Shown here piece after piece: positions 11,532 through 25,376 of a stretch of 64,000 bases of DNA. The DNA is from Chlorokybus atmophyticus (taxonomy: Eukaryota; Plantae; Mesostigma and Chlorokybus algae). The stretch is taken from contig RHPI01003488.1 in the NCBI GenBank assembly GCA_009103225.1, forward strand, positions 186,001 through 250,000, written 5' to 3'. The notes below the pieces were generated by a model, which ran no database searches, was not told the origin of the DNA, and worked only from the letters and a program-made list of their open reading frames with translations. The translations under genes and the position numbers were made by a program. The stretch's first letter is position 1. Each line of letters opens with the position of its first letter.

Positions 11532-14500
11532 ATGCGCGTGCGTAGAGGATTGTCAACATTAATACTGCCAGTCGCTGCGTGTGGTTGTTGCAAGGCGTTG
11601 TTGTCAGTATGTGTGCATTCGCGTTGAAGAGTTTGCGCTGAACTGTGGTTCGTGCGTTCCAGGGTTTTCTTGCCTGCTGTGGTGATCCCTTATACTGTGC
11701 GTCCAACAGGTTTACCATCTTGATGCGCACCCAACGCAACCATGGATTGCTCTTGCGGATGCGCGAGACACTGTTTATGTTTGGGACTGGCAGCATGATG
11801 AGGTGAGTGCAGTATGCAAGCATGCCAGAGTGCACTGCGCTGTGTAGACTGTTGCTTGAGCAGTTGCAGGGATGTTACTTGTCCAATGACAGCGCACGTG
11901 TAGATCTTATATGAAGCCTCCGGAGGCGGAGCAAATGACAGGCGGCTGACAGATGCGATGCTGCAGCGCTCCATAGAAAGAGACCCAAGTAAGTAACTGT
12001 TTTAAATCCTACATCGCTGATTTGCTGCAGGAGGTCTCTGCTCTTTCAAAGGGACTTGTGTATCATGCAGTTGTACTTCCCATGCGCCCTGTGTTCAGCT
12101 AGTGCTATCTGTTCTACTACTGCCTTCCATCCGGAGAGCGGACAATTGCATGGCATAGTTATGTTTAGTAACTCGTTATGTTGTGCAGGTACTCAAGGGC
12201 CCAGGTTGGAATCGGATGCGCCTACCCCTACCCCAAGATCAGAAAAGGTTGGCAGGTACTCTGAGCTGACCCTCAACTGCAGATGAACAACTGTAATTAG
12301 ATCATAATCTGGTGCAAGCAAAACAAAACAAGACAACACAACAGTGTGCTAATGGCTGTTACTGGGAAGCAGTTCCTGCTGGATGACCTTTAGCAACTAG
12401 TTGTACAGTGCGCTGTTGGGAAAGACTGATTCTATGTCTTTTGTGTTGACAGTGTCAGAGGCTTGCGTTTTGTTGATGAAGACGTACAGGCAGCAGAAGT
12501 GCATGCGCACTACGCTTTTGTATGGAAGCCTGTAGCAACGCCTGCAAGGTTCAGACTAGATGCAGATGCCCCGCCATCGGTTTCAGGCTCCCGGTGGCTG
12601 TGCATTTGCTATGAGAACAGAGCAGCATTCGTTGACATGACATCCTTGCGCTCGAGAGACATCAGCAAAGCTTTCTTTGATAACCGCAGCTTGACCAGGT
12701 AAGTTGGATACCGTGCGCGACTCAAACCCACAGCCAAGCAGTCTGTTTCGCTCATACAACATGCCGTTGTTTCTTGAATCACATCCGGACTGCAGGCTTT
12801 CCACCATATGATAGCTGTGCTCACTACTGTTGTCGTTCAGCTTGACAGTGCTGCCTGGGATAGGAGAAACAACAACAGACTTACCAACCCAACACGGCCC
12901 CTGTGTAGCGTTTGGTTGCTCAGATGGCGCCATTCGGATCCTTTCGCTACAGACATTTCAAGTTGTGCGCCGCATTGCCAGTGCATCCAAGGGTGCTGTG
13001 GCCTGCTTGCAAGTAGTCATACGCGAAACGGGAGCTTGGGGCCTGCTGGCGGGCACAAGCGATGGTCTGATCACCATCTCAGAGCCTGGTTCACACGAGG
13101 TAAGTTGCGCCACCCTTGACAAGCTTAGGAGACGGCAGTTTGTGAACAAATGCCGCTCCAAGTGTGATTTATGCACTTCCCTTCCTTGCATGGTCACTGC
13201 AGGGAAGGGAAGTGCCACCTGTCAAGGCGATCAAAGCACACGATGGAGGCGTGGTGTCGGTCACACTCGCGCACAGTGATGGGGGAAAGCCAAGGCTGGC
13301 GTCATCTGGTGCGGATCGCAGCGTGGCCGTATGGGACTTGCAGAAGTTAGAGGCAAGTTTATAAGCTATTATACCTTTCTTGGTAACAGATCGCTTAGGG
13401 TGTGGCCCGACTGCGACTTTGTGCGGATGTGGTAAAATGGCGCACAGCTTTGTGCATTGTTCTCATCATCATGCAGCATCAAGACAGCAAAATTTAGCTA
13501 ACAGTGTGTGCGCTCCACAGGAAGTTGCACGCATGCGACCTTTGAGCAAACTGCCCTGCCACAGCGTTCGGCATTGGGTGTCTCTGGAGGCACCTGATGC
13601 CAACCTGATTGTGGCTGGCAAGGAGTCCAGGATAATTGGCGTGGATCGCACTGTCAAGGGCGGAGATCCAAGAGTCATCTGTGACGTTGCTGCCTTCTTC
13701 CCATCCCTACCCAAAGACAAGAAGCTCAAGTCCTATGCGCTTCTTGCGCACCCCTTGCTCACGCACCTGGTCATCATGGCCACCAATGTTGGTGTTGCAT
13801 TGGTTGAGTTCGAGTTCAGATGGGCTCCCTCACACGCTCTTCTCCCCGCCCATCAGTCCCACACTCAAGCTGGTGCAGTCAGTCGCAACTTGATCATATC
13901 TGTTGCCAGGCGGAAGCTTGTTGGCGTCGCCTTTCACGTGCAGCCCCAGGTAGAGTGTGACGACATGTATCTGTGAACTCCAAGCGGGTGGCGAAGAATA
14001 AACCATGTTTTGCACAGGCTCCTGGCGCGGTTGAAGTCATAGATGGGAGCAAGGCACCCATTGCCATGCAAACAAAGCATGTCTTGGGAGACGCAGCATT
14101 CGGCCAGGGGACACCACTTCTCTATGGCAGTACATCAGGCAGGTGGGTACATTGGCTTAGGAACACTGTTGTGGCCTTGTCTTCATAACTTTGAGTTCTA
14201 TGTAACGTGGATGATGATGTTGTGCATTATTGTTGCCTCAGGTGGCTAGCAGTCCTCTGGCCAGTTAGTGGCGTGTATGCTGTGTTCAGCACTAGCTCGA
14301 GCAATTGGAAGGTTGTCGAGTCCGGAGGGGCCACATCATTGGGCTGGCATACAAACAGCGACACTCTGGCGATTCTGACAGCACCTGTAGCAGTTGCCGC
14401 TCCAAAGTTAGCCAAAAGCAGTAGGTATGCCGTACTACATGGCGTGTGCTTGCACTTAACATCTGGAGCCTTGCCATGGTGCTGATGCGCTTTATGTACA

Positions 14501-16992
14501 GCTCCCGGAAGAAGAAAGAAGCTGCCGCTGCAGCGCAGCAAGCTGCAACAGCGGCAGCAGCAGCAGCGAAGCTGTCTGTGACTGTTGAGGTAGCTCTCAA
14601 TGCTATGCTTGCCGAGAAAGCCACATGCTGCAGCTGTTGGCACAATGTTTGGTTAGTGTTAATCGATCTATGCCTGCCTTTATGGCTGCAAATAGTCTCA
14701 GTGTATATGGTTGCACACACCTGATGTTACAACAGGTGAAACGCTTTCAACCAGATGGCACAGTGAGTACCATCTCAAGTTCTGTGACTACCCCAGTCTC
14801 GCCTGTATCGCACATCACGGGAGGCGTGCTACTGGGGCTCACCTACAACAAAAGTGCACAACCAAATGCGCGCTTCACTTCACTGGACGGCAGACCTGTC
14901 ACCGTAACATCCGTCATGCGGTTTCAACTGTACAGTTGGGACACTCTGGCCCCTGTCAGCAAGCTGTTGCCCGTGCCCAACTGGGTGGAGTGGGATCCCA
15001 GAGCGGAGTTTGTGGCCTTCGCCTACCCCGAGTACATAGCCCTTTTCACAGTTGCTCCCACTTTCAAGTTTCTTAGCCAAATCAATGTGAGCAATGCCAC
15101 CAGCGCTCTATGGCAGAGGCGGCAATTGTTCCTGGTTACGCCGACAGTTATCATGGTGTACTTCATTCACATGGACGCACATAACGCGGATGCCTCCCCG
15201 TTTATTGTACCGATGAGGTTGGCTTCCTTCAGCTCACGGCCTTCGCTGACTGCAGGCCCATCGTTGCAGGTATTTCTCTTTGATACTCCTGCCATGCACA
15301 GTATGCTCATCAACGGGCGATGTCAGTCACAAGATTATACTCTGTTGTCAATTGGGCTCGCGTGCGCTGGTTTATCAGGCTTCACTACCGGAGGCACTGC
15401 AGACTCCTGGCAGCACGCTGATTAATGATAAGGTTGGAAGCGCGATTGTTTCTACCGCCTTACCTTCAGAACAGTTGAGGCCAGCCGGCGCATTGGCTAT
15501 GCTTGGGGTGAGCCGTTCAGTGCTCGAAAATGGTAGCTGTTTTTCCCCAGCATGCGTGGATTGCAACACAGCAACTAGTAGTAGTAGTAATGATGTACAT
15601 CTCACTAACCTGTCTTTCTGGAACCAGGTGCGAGATGGCGCGTTGTGGGTCTTTGACTCATACGCAAGGGTGTTTGCATTGTCTTTGGCACATCCTGGCA
15701 TACGTACACGCTGTCTTACGGCTTATGGAGACGCCAATGGTGCCATCAAGTGGTCAACCAAACTGTCCAAGGCAAGAGACACGAAACTGTCGCATATCTG
15801 TGTGTACTGTGTCATCATTAGCTGATACACAGCTACAGCCATGCACCGTTTGCTTGCACTCTATGTGGACCTGCTTGTTTTTATGCAATTGCAGCTGATG
15901 GTCGAGTGTTCTGTGCAGGTTTTTCATGATGACCTGGCGCAGTTCATGATTGGCATGGGTCATGCGTTGGATGCGCTCCAGCTCTCAGGCTTGAGCAAGC
16001 TGCAGGAGTACAAGGCGGCAGTCAAGGCTGGGCAGTTGGTGCGAGCTCTGGACTGCCTCGACGCACTCGCAGGCGATAAGGATGAAGGCGAAACCAACCA
16101 AAGCTCCGCCAGTCAAGGCGATGCTATCTGGGGGGCCATTGCCACCTCTCAGGCAGGCAACATGCCAAAGGTGAGAGTTGTGTTGTTGAGTGGTACGCTT
16201 GGTGTTTTAAGTGTGACACTGTATCCATGCTAGGTCACTGGTCCCGGGATTGGTGCGTATGCGGACGAGTATTTATCGTTAATAGACAGTGCGGATGCGG
16301 TCGGCCTGCGCGCGGCAGCTAGCTCGGCGCTGCAACGGCTGGCCTCCACGAAACCAACAGCGCTGCCACCTGAAGCGCAGAAGGGCCTGTTGCTGCGGCT
16401 GGCCAAGCACGGGGATGGCAGCCGGGTGCGAAGCCTGGGAGAGGCTTACTTCGCCGCGGGCAGGCATGCGGAAGCCGCCACGGCTGCCGCGCTGTTGAAC
16501 GACCTCGACTGGCTGGAGCGGGTACGCTGATCTCAAACTCACTGTTGTGCATACACTGATGTCAACGACATGAGCCTCTCTGCTTGCACTGCGCGCATTG
16601 CACAATAACGCACACATTGGTATGAGTTGATAACTCTGTCACTATTGCTTGTGTCGCGTCAAGTTGCGGTGCACAACCTGTCCTTGCTCTGTGCTGGCTG
16701 GCAACTAGTTATTGTGCTTAACTTGCACTTCTTGCGATGTGCATTGGTTTCCCCTGCCTGTTGATATCCATTTGGTGTTTGTTAGATCTTCATGAACTCT
16801 GGGCGATCGGCACAAGCGGCGTTGCTGGCGCACAGCCACAGGCGGAACTCTTTCCAGCAGGTTCTTCAGCAGTGGAACCGGTCCATGGCGGGGCCAGTGT
16901 CGATGGATCAAGCCCTCTCTGCACTGGGTGGGGGTGACATCTCCGCGCAAAACGTCAAACCCTCTTTGCAGATCATGCAGCCTGTGTCGTAG
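11532..16992 (+). CDS. TWD40-1: TSET/TPLATE complex subunit TWD40-1 (TTRAY1), multi-exon WD40/alpha-solenoid protein; exact start codon uncertain
   Basis: Collinear motifs: HPTQPWIALADARDTVYVWDWQH, ILYEASGGGANDRRL, RWLCICYENRAAFVD, VAFGCSDGAIRIL, KAHDGGVVSV, SRKKKEAAAAAQQAA, QLYSWDTL..V...LP.P.W..WD, WQRRQLF, GVRDGALW, HPGIRTRCLTAYGD, HDDLAQFMIGMG. These match Arabidopsis TWD40-1 as recalled. Confidence 0.92.
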
Positions 16993-18088
16993 AGGTGATC
17001 GTTGTTGTGGTAGAATGCTCACCTGGCCTATGATTGCGTCTTGTGTGTTCCACTGCACCAATCGCTGGAGTACATGTCTGCATAGATACGATCATTGTGG
17101 AACTGGCATGTCAGCTGGGGTGAGAGTGTGGTTGTGGCCCTGTCACATGTTACCCAACCCCGCATTGTGCATCACATCCCAGTATTAACCAAAAGTACAA
17201 ACGTTTGTCTCTGCGCGTTGAATATGTCAATTTTCATTCACACACGAGTCCCTCCAATTTTGTGAGCTTGACGGCAATGCTCTTTTGTAAAGAATACCAA
17301 CATAAAACGTGAGCAATTTTTTTATTTTTTGAAAGAGATGCCGTAATACTAGAACTCTCAAAAACAGCGTGGTATCTGGATCCATCATCAGCTGCTGCTT
17401 TTTTGCAACGCAGAGCAGCCTTTGATCACTTCAACCGATGTGCCAAACCTTTGGAAATGTAATACACATGATGGACCTTGCGAATCTGCATGCGCATATG
17501 TAATGCGCATGCATGCGAGTACTGTTGAATTGTAACACTACGATACTCAATTGGGTGGGATCACTGGTTGCATCACCACCAAGGCAAAACACCCATTTTC
17601 ATGTGCATGTTCAGGAAAACGTGTCTTGGGTTTGGCATTAATGGCAGCAAAGAGATTGCCAGTTGCTGCTGTTGTCATTTTGGCTTTGCTGGCTGTGGCT
17701 AGCACCACATAGCACTAGTGTATTAATGTTGGGATATGCCGGAAGCCATGACCCGCTCATATGGCCTGCCACAACTGCCCTCATGCTTTGCAAATCTGAA
17801 GGATGCCGGGCATATGCAATAAACCTCGGGCAGGCAACCATTGCACAACTCGAAACAGCTACCTTACGACGCTGTACAACACCAGCTTCCAACCCACACC
17901 GGCACAGCCAGGCAGCCATCAGAAACAAAATGCCTGTGTTTGTACAGTGTTGACCCCGACTGATAGCAACGCGACAAGCTAGTATTATCAATGCAAGTTG
18001 CTCGACCAAACGCACCCCATCCTACAATCGAGCCATGCCTATGAACAAACTACAGGTACTGTCCTCCGGAGAAGCAAGGAACCGCTAT

Positions 18089-20836
18089 TCACTTGCGCCT
18101 ATGCACACGGAGCGGAACTCCATGCTTTGGCTTCAGCACTAGGCTAAGCGCCACGGGAAGCTCATTATGAAGAGTAGAAAACGTGAAGTTCTGCAACAAC
18201 TTCACAAGCGCCAGCTTCGCCTCTTGCTGAGCAAATCTGTGTGATACAGCCACTTGGCATGAGCACCAACAAAGAGATTAAAGATTTCAGTTGCCGACCA
18301 ACAAGTTGGCAATATACACCAACAGCAAGCTGTACAGCATGAAAACCACAATAACACAACATAACCAGCTCGCCGCACCTGTAGCCGATGCACTTGCGCG
18401 CTCCCATCCCAAATGGCACATACGCATCGGGGCTGCGCTTCTTAAACTCCTCGCTTGCAGGATCAAACCGCTCGGGTCTGGACAACAAGTGTGATTTGTG
18501 ACAGTTCATGCCATGATGTTGGTATTATATGAAGATTTTGAGACGTATATACCGCACAGTGATATGCACAACACATACCGCCTGCGGCAGACAATAACAC
18601 AACTTAACAACAGTTTACATCCACTACATTACCTGAACTCGAGGGCATCCTCACCCCACAACTTGGGGTCGCGGAATATTGAGTACAGATTGATCAATAA
18701 GAATTGGGGCTCAGAAATTGTGTACCCGCCTAAGGTAATAGGCTCGCTTGTTGCTTCGCGAAGGAGCGCCGACGCCGTTGGGCTGATTCGCATGGATTCT
18801 TGGACCACCTGGACAAATAGAATGGCATGGAGTCAAGCACATAATCAATTCAAACAAACCAACGTGCAACAGCTGTGAAAGCAAGTGTACTGAACTTTGA
18901 CAAAAGTGCTGAGAGTATCTTACATATGACATATGACACTGTGCTGCATACCCAGTCAAGGTAAGAAAAGCGTTCGTGCAGCTCTTCCAGGGATGGAGTG
19001 CCTGGCCCATACTTGTCAATCTCTTCAATCAGCTTCCCTTGAGCGCTCTGGTTTGCAGCGAGATGAAACAGGGTGAAGGACAGCGTGTTGGCTGTCGTGT
19101 CGCTCCCTGCGAGTACCTACGCAAGAAGGGTATAGACATAAGTTACACCTGCCAGGCATGATGTGCGCTTGTGTGTAAGAGTATGCACTCGGTTGTGCAA
19201 AGAATCTCTTGTTTGTTTGTGGCTGTTTGAGGTGGGCATCACTCACAGCACCAACCGTGTTTCTGACTTACCAACTCGAATGCGGTTCCAAGCACAGTGC
19301 TCAAGGGAAGGGGACTCCCAGATTCTCTGTCTCTGGCATTCAGCATGAGCGTCAAGGCATCAGTCTCAGCATGAGTGGCAAGGTTCTTTTGCCGATCATC
19401 GACAAGAGCCTGTAGCTTCTGGCGCAGCGATATCTTAACCTGCACAGACAGATTGCCGATTGCATCGCAATGGTGAGCCTGCATTACATACGCAATTCAA
19501 GCACAACTCCACTCCATACATTATGAAGTTCGTGGTCGGAGGCCGATGGGAATCGGCGCATTATGTGATGCGCGCACATTGCTAGCCACTTCGGAAAAAG
19601 CAACCCAACGACAGTTGAAACAGGCGCCTGCACAGTTATGTAGAGTCAAATTGTGCCATGCTGTTACCTTCAACTTGCAAGCAAGGGAGTGAACTAAGCT
19701 TACAGTGAACTAAACTTACATCGGGACCTATTGATGTGAGTCGGATAACCCTGTCGCACAATCGCAGCAACTCATCGGTTTCTTTGCTTGCTTTTGAGGC
19801 GTCGAGCAGCCCAAACTCAACACCAAATGCAGATTGACCTGGAAAAGCAATAGACATGAGACACTAGCGCAACCTAGCACGCTCGTCTTCACTCGCATTG
19901 GAGAAAACAATCGGAGTGCCTTCCTGCACTTGCCAATGACTTCAATTGTGAGCTTGGTCATGTACGTGCTGACATCAACCTCTGCGCCATTCGGGATGTC
20001 GGCCTTCATTAACTTGATGAGAGACTCTGGACAGAAACAACACCAGTTAGCAGGTGCAGCAGTTCGGAAGATACATCCTGGCTAGGCACACACCTGCTTC
20101 ATGCGTCATCTTGTCATAGATGGTGGTAAGTGTGCTGGTATGAAACAGCGGCGTGACAGCACCGCGCTTCTGTTGCCAATCCTTGTCTCTGAGGACAAGC
20201 ACACGATGTCAATATCCCAATCCCATCCTCATCAACTCGGACAACTTGGACATTGGTTACCGCATGCTTGATCCCTTTACCAAGTGGTAGCGACAGTGGG
20301 CATGCTTACTTGGCAAAGACCATTCCCTTTTCTGAGGGCCCGAACGCTTGCATGAACGCCTGGTCTGGTCGATTCCTGAGGGCCCGCGCATACTTGGTGT
20401 TGATCAGACGTACCATCTCTGGATCAGTGACAACGACGGCTGGCTTGTTGCCTACTCAGATAGACAAAGAAGTGTTTCCTTACAAGCAAGCTTGAGACCC
20501 TAGTGGCATGGCAAGCATGCAACCGGCACTACAGCGCTTTGCAACACACAAGCAAGCAAACAAGCAAGAAACAAAGCAAAGAAGCTGGCAGGGTTGCGAC
20601 GTGAACCTGACATGCTTACCTTGCATGAAGCAGTAGATGGGTCCATACTGCTTGAACCACCTGTCCCACAGGTTGAGGGCGTTCTCCTCTTTCGCGAGGT
20701 CGAGCGCATTGCCGAGGAGCCACAGGGGCTTCGGTCCGGGCACCCCGCGCGGGCGCCGCCACGCCGGCAGGGAGCCCAACACCCAGACCGTGGCGGCGAA
20801 CAGCAAGAACAACCCCGCCGCTGCCGCCAGCAACAT
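18089..20836 (-). CDS. Cytochrome P450, CYP711 (MAX1)-like clan
   Basis: N-terminal TM and PGPKP hinge; I-helix LAGSDTT; EIDKYGP...[18 protein letters not shown] (ExxR); PERF; heme motif [11 protein letters not shown]; stop TGA at 18089-18091. Confidence 0.92.
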
Positions 20837-22149
20837 GGTGGACACACACTGCGCTGCCACTGGGTGGTGCTTGGACTGGACTGGACTTGTCGTCAGCCTT
20901 GGCCGACGTGGATGACCGCTTGACACTGTCACTTGACAGAGGCAGACAGACTGCCTGACGCAGCCCAGCCTCAGTAACGCTGTGCCGCTGCCTGGGTCTA
21001 GCACAACACCTCTACTCATTGCATACATTCACATGCAAGTCTGGCCAAACACACGGCCAAAGGTGTGAGTTGTAAGATTTGCAAGTGGTTATGAAAGTGG
21101 CAAAGTCTTGTCATAAACATTGATGGCAATCCTCCCCTCCCTCCCTCCCAAATAATGACGACATTCTCAACCTACGAATCCCAAGATGCAATTGAGAGTA
21201 CAATTGCACTTGAACCAATTGCTTCACAAAACTTACAAACAATGACTAATATTTACGCTTTGAAAAGGTACGTTAATTTACACTATATTAAACGTATTGT
21301 TCAATCGAGTGTCTTATTGAAACATGATACCGTATTTACGAGGGACAATTACATGCATGCTTCACACAATTTTGTTGTTGAGTGATACTAGCAAATTTCA
21401 ACGTAATCACATCACATATGTAATGCACGTCTGACAAGAATTATATATGTGATGCATATGTGATAAGAAGTATGTACTGGAAGTTCTAGATTGAAACCAT
21501 CCTTCACACACTACATCACTACATTGATATGTGCACGTAACAGGTGTGTATCGCTTGCTTTAACTTACGTTAAATATATGTCATAATATGTTAATATCAC
21601 CAATGGCCCATTGGCACAATGGGTATACAATCGAATATTGTGCGAGTTGACCATCAAAGAGCTGATTTCACAAATATGTTGGCGCATCATAGTCCAATGT
21701 GAATTGCCAATATTAACATGATCAATGAAGCATCACATCACATTGGCATAAGCGACAAAGACTGCTGCATTGGATTGCAGCACAGTTACCGCTGCCTTTT
21801 ACATTACACCTGCCTGCTGATGGCATTGCACATAGCTTGTCCACCAACACCACCCCTGACCGCCTCCTTCAAACTATTGCTGGTGGTGAGGTTTCACATG
21901 ATTGCGTGTGCTGCATGCCCAGCACTTTCAGCAGGGTGTACCTTGGTGAAGGTTTTGGCATCGATGGCCAGCCTGATTCCAGGCACACCAATGGGACAGT
22001 GCGAGAATAATGCAAACAGCACAGCTAGTAACTCGCGGACTCAGTGTCCAAATTCTGCTAGTTGGGTAATACAAGTGCAAGTAGTATAACCGACTTGTTG
22101 TTAACAACAACTTTGAGCCAGCTGAAAACTAAAGGCATGGCTCCATTAG

Positions 22150-24438
22150 TTACGCTTCCAATACTTGGACATCACCATTCTCTATTGTTGCGTATATGGT
22201 CTTGTCCGCGGCAGCAGCGCCCACAAATAAGCCTGCGCATAGTTATGTGAGTTGCATAACAAAAAACACGCTCTGGTGCGCAGTACCATTTCATTGCAAG
22301 GCCAAACTTTTCATGCCCACAACAACCTGGGTAACATACCGTTTTCAATAACACCGGGAATTGCGTTGATGTCTTTCTCAAGCTGGACAGGGTCTGAGAT
22401 GCCGCCTTCAAACCTGCTCATGCCACATGTACACATGGACAATCATATTTATGCGTCACCTGACAATGGGCCATTCCCAACAGACAAGACAAGTTGGCAG
22501 TGAGTAGGTACCTGACATCGACCACCATGTTGCCAAGATCCGTAATAACAGGCCCGTCCTTCTTAACGGCATTTCGGATGGTTGGCTCTGCAACATCCAG
22601 TTCAGCATACAACTACCGCATACTTGTCACAGCTGTCGCTCCCAAAACAATCCATGATGACTTACCACCGCCCAAAGCAGCAAGCGCACGCAACACTGGT
22701 GTCAAGGCACCCGGCAGAACCTCAACCTGCACAACACAAGAATTGCTGTATGTACACTGTGCAGTAGGAGGCTAAGGTATGGATGGATGGCAGCATGTCA
22801 GCTTACTGGTACGGGAAATGCCAGCCCTAACTTCTTGACTAGTTTGGTGAAATCGGCTATCACATAAAACTGCTTGGCATTCGCGTTGACGACCTGCGCA
22901 TAGACTCAATCAAGGTGAACTCTCACCTCATCATAACAAGATGACACATTTCATCACGACAGCCTGTACCTTCTCCATCGTGTGGGCAGCACCACCACCC
23001 TGCCGTAGGTCAACATTTAGCCATCTTGTTTGGATGAATGCTGGAATGCAAGACTGCAGTCCGCATACACAACATGTGCTACGTACAACTTGCCCTTCAC
23101 ACACGCTGACAACCGTGTCCATTGCGCAGTGCTTCACCTTGATGAGATGCTTGTTTTCATCAATCTCATCCGCTCCATCCACTGCGAGGTCAATGGAGGC
23201 AACATCGTTGAGAGACACCTGCAGCATCAGGTGGCGCAACACAACCTCAACAATGAAATAAGCTTGCCAGATTGTAGCAACAGCAACACACAACAGAGTC
23301 GCACCGTTGGTACGCCATACTGTCTTGCTAGAATATTCGACTGGTAGCTGGTCACCACCACCTTCACGTCTTTTAGCTGCAAAGCAACACAGTCAAACAC
23401 CGCTGGAAGCTGTACAGAAACACTGGCAACCGTCAAGTCTGCGGAATATACTCATATGACTGAAGCCATTCATGCATACACCCTGCGCCTCAAAGGCAGA
23501 TGCATAAGCAACGCAGCCAGCGGGCAATACACACCTTGCCACCCTTCAATTGTTTGCCTATCTCCTCAAGAGCATATGCTGCTGTGCTGCCAGTGCCGAT
23601 GCCCACTACCATACCCGACTTGACATACTTGACAGCAGCCACTGCAGCCTGTAAACGTTCAGCTGTGAGAATGTGTGGCCCATGTAGAAGTCGCAAACGC
23701 CCTATCCCAGGAACTGAGCCACACTCTCTTACCGCTTGCTTCATCTTCTCTCGATCCGCGCTGCTCACTGTTGAACGACATCGCATGAATTAGACAATAT
23801 AACAGAACTTCCACTCTGTAACATTAAGAGCATGCAACGGCGTCGTGTCTACAGCTCCTTTGAAGCACGTATAATTACGCAACTATGGCATATCCGAGTG
23901 AGCCGCATATTGCTGTCTAGAAGTGTGTGCGCACCACTTAAGCGCATGCATTCCCAAGTCCACCAAGAGGTAAACTGCAAGTGCTAGTTTTATGAAGTGT
24001 CAACTTCTCCGCGGAGATTACTGCTGCATGCTGTGCAATATCTTGCAAATCTGACACGGGGCCAGTATCGCCAGATCAAAGTTTGCAAGTGGCGGACTAC
24101 TGCCCAAAACACCTCTTCTAACTGAAATGCACTAATTTATGCGCACTCCTTTCCTGCATTAGCCAAATGCACTGACCGCGTGTAGTTGTGGCGCCCTCAA
24201 TGGCGACAGCCATTGTCACATGCGGTGTCGACCGTCCTGACGCCCTGGCGCCGCCCACCAACGCCACAAGCTCATTCTTTCTCCGGCTGCCATGCAAGCC
24301 GCTAGCCTTCACTGCTGAAAGGCCAGACTGCAGCCTGGCCGCACGCGGCTGTGACGCAGCTTGGGCGCACAGCGTCGCCTCTGCATGCTGCTGCCGAAGC
24401 ACGGCACCCGCAAAGCTCTGCACTGCAGTGCCCACCAT
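22150..24438 (-). CDS. RPI: Ribose-5-phosphate isomerase A, probably plastid-targeted
   Basis: Transit-like first exon; [56 protein letters not shown]; stop TAA. Confidence 0.95.
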
Positions 24439-24778
24439 GGTACAGCACCCTCAACACAATATATCAAACACGCTTCCAACAACCCTGATGACCGCAACCT
24501 CAACGACACGCCCACCACCGCCGCCGCCACCGCCGCCTTCGTCAACACTGTGTAGCTGCCATGCTGTAGGCTCAGCTAACGAATCGGGCGCTGCGCGCTC
24601 AGGACCGATGCCCGAATGCGGGAATCACAGGCCTCTCTTAGCGTGCGCACCCCAGCGGGGCGGCTTGTGATGAGATCCAGAATCGCGGCGCCCTTCAAAA
24701 ATAATGGGTGGGCGTTGGTGCGGCAGATCGCACTGTGATTGTGCGCATGCCGCACTACAAGGCGGGCGGGAGAGCAGG

Positions 24779-24788
24779 TTAGGGTTTT
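24779..24788 (+). promoter_or_regulatory. Telo-box-like motif (TTAGGGTTTT) in the divergent promoter between RPI and the B3-AP2-SET gene
   Basis: Single copy of AAAACCCTAA (reverse strand) in the head-to-head intergenic region. Confidence 0.35.
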
Positions 24789-25376
24789 GACTAAGTGAGG
24801 CATCCGGGGAGGGTGTGTGTTTGGGTGTGGGTGGGTGTATGGGTGTGCCGGACAGCCTCAACATGTTGGGTGTGTGAGGGCAGGCAGTTGAGTATTGTGA
24901 CAATCGCAGAAGCAGCAAAGGTGAGAGTCCCTGCATGCGTCTCGTGTCAGTTCATTGCGAAGCTGCTGTCGCTGCGCTACTGCTGCTGGTGTTGGCGATT
25001 GCTAAGCTGATTCTCAGCGTGTAAGCTCATTGAATTGAAGCCCGCTGTTGGGTCCCCCGTCCTGCTTGCAATGCAAGCAAAGCGCTGTCAGTTTGCAAGT
25101 GCATGCTTTGACCTAATCCACCAATGCAGCATGCATGGCACAGCACCTGCTCGTTTGCAACTCAAGTTTGCATTCCGTCGTACATGAGCTTGTTCTGCTT
25201 GCACAGCAAACATGCCTGTGCGACCTCCCCTACCCTTTGCGTGCTCACACATGCTGGCAGCGGCTTGTTGCTCTTTCAGTGCATGAGAGACTTTACTTGC
25301 ACGCGACAGGTAGCATGCAGTTGACATCGTGCTGACCCAAAACGTGTTTGCAGCGTGGCGGACGCAGCTGCTTGTG

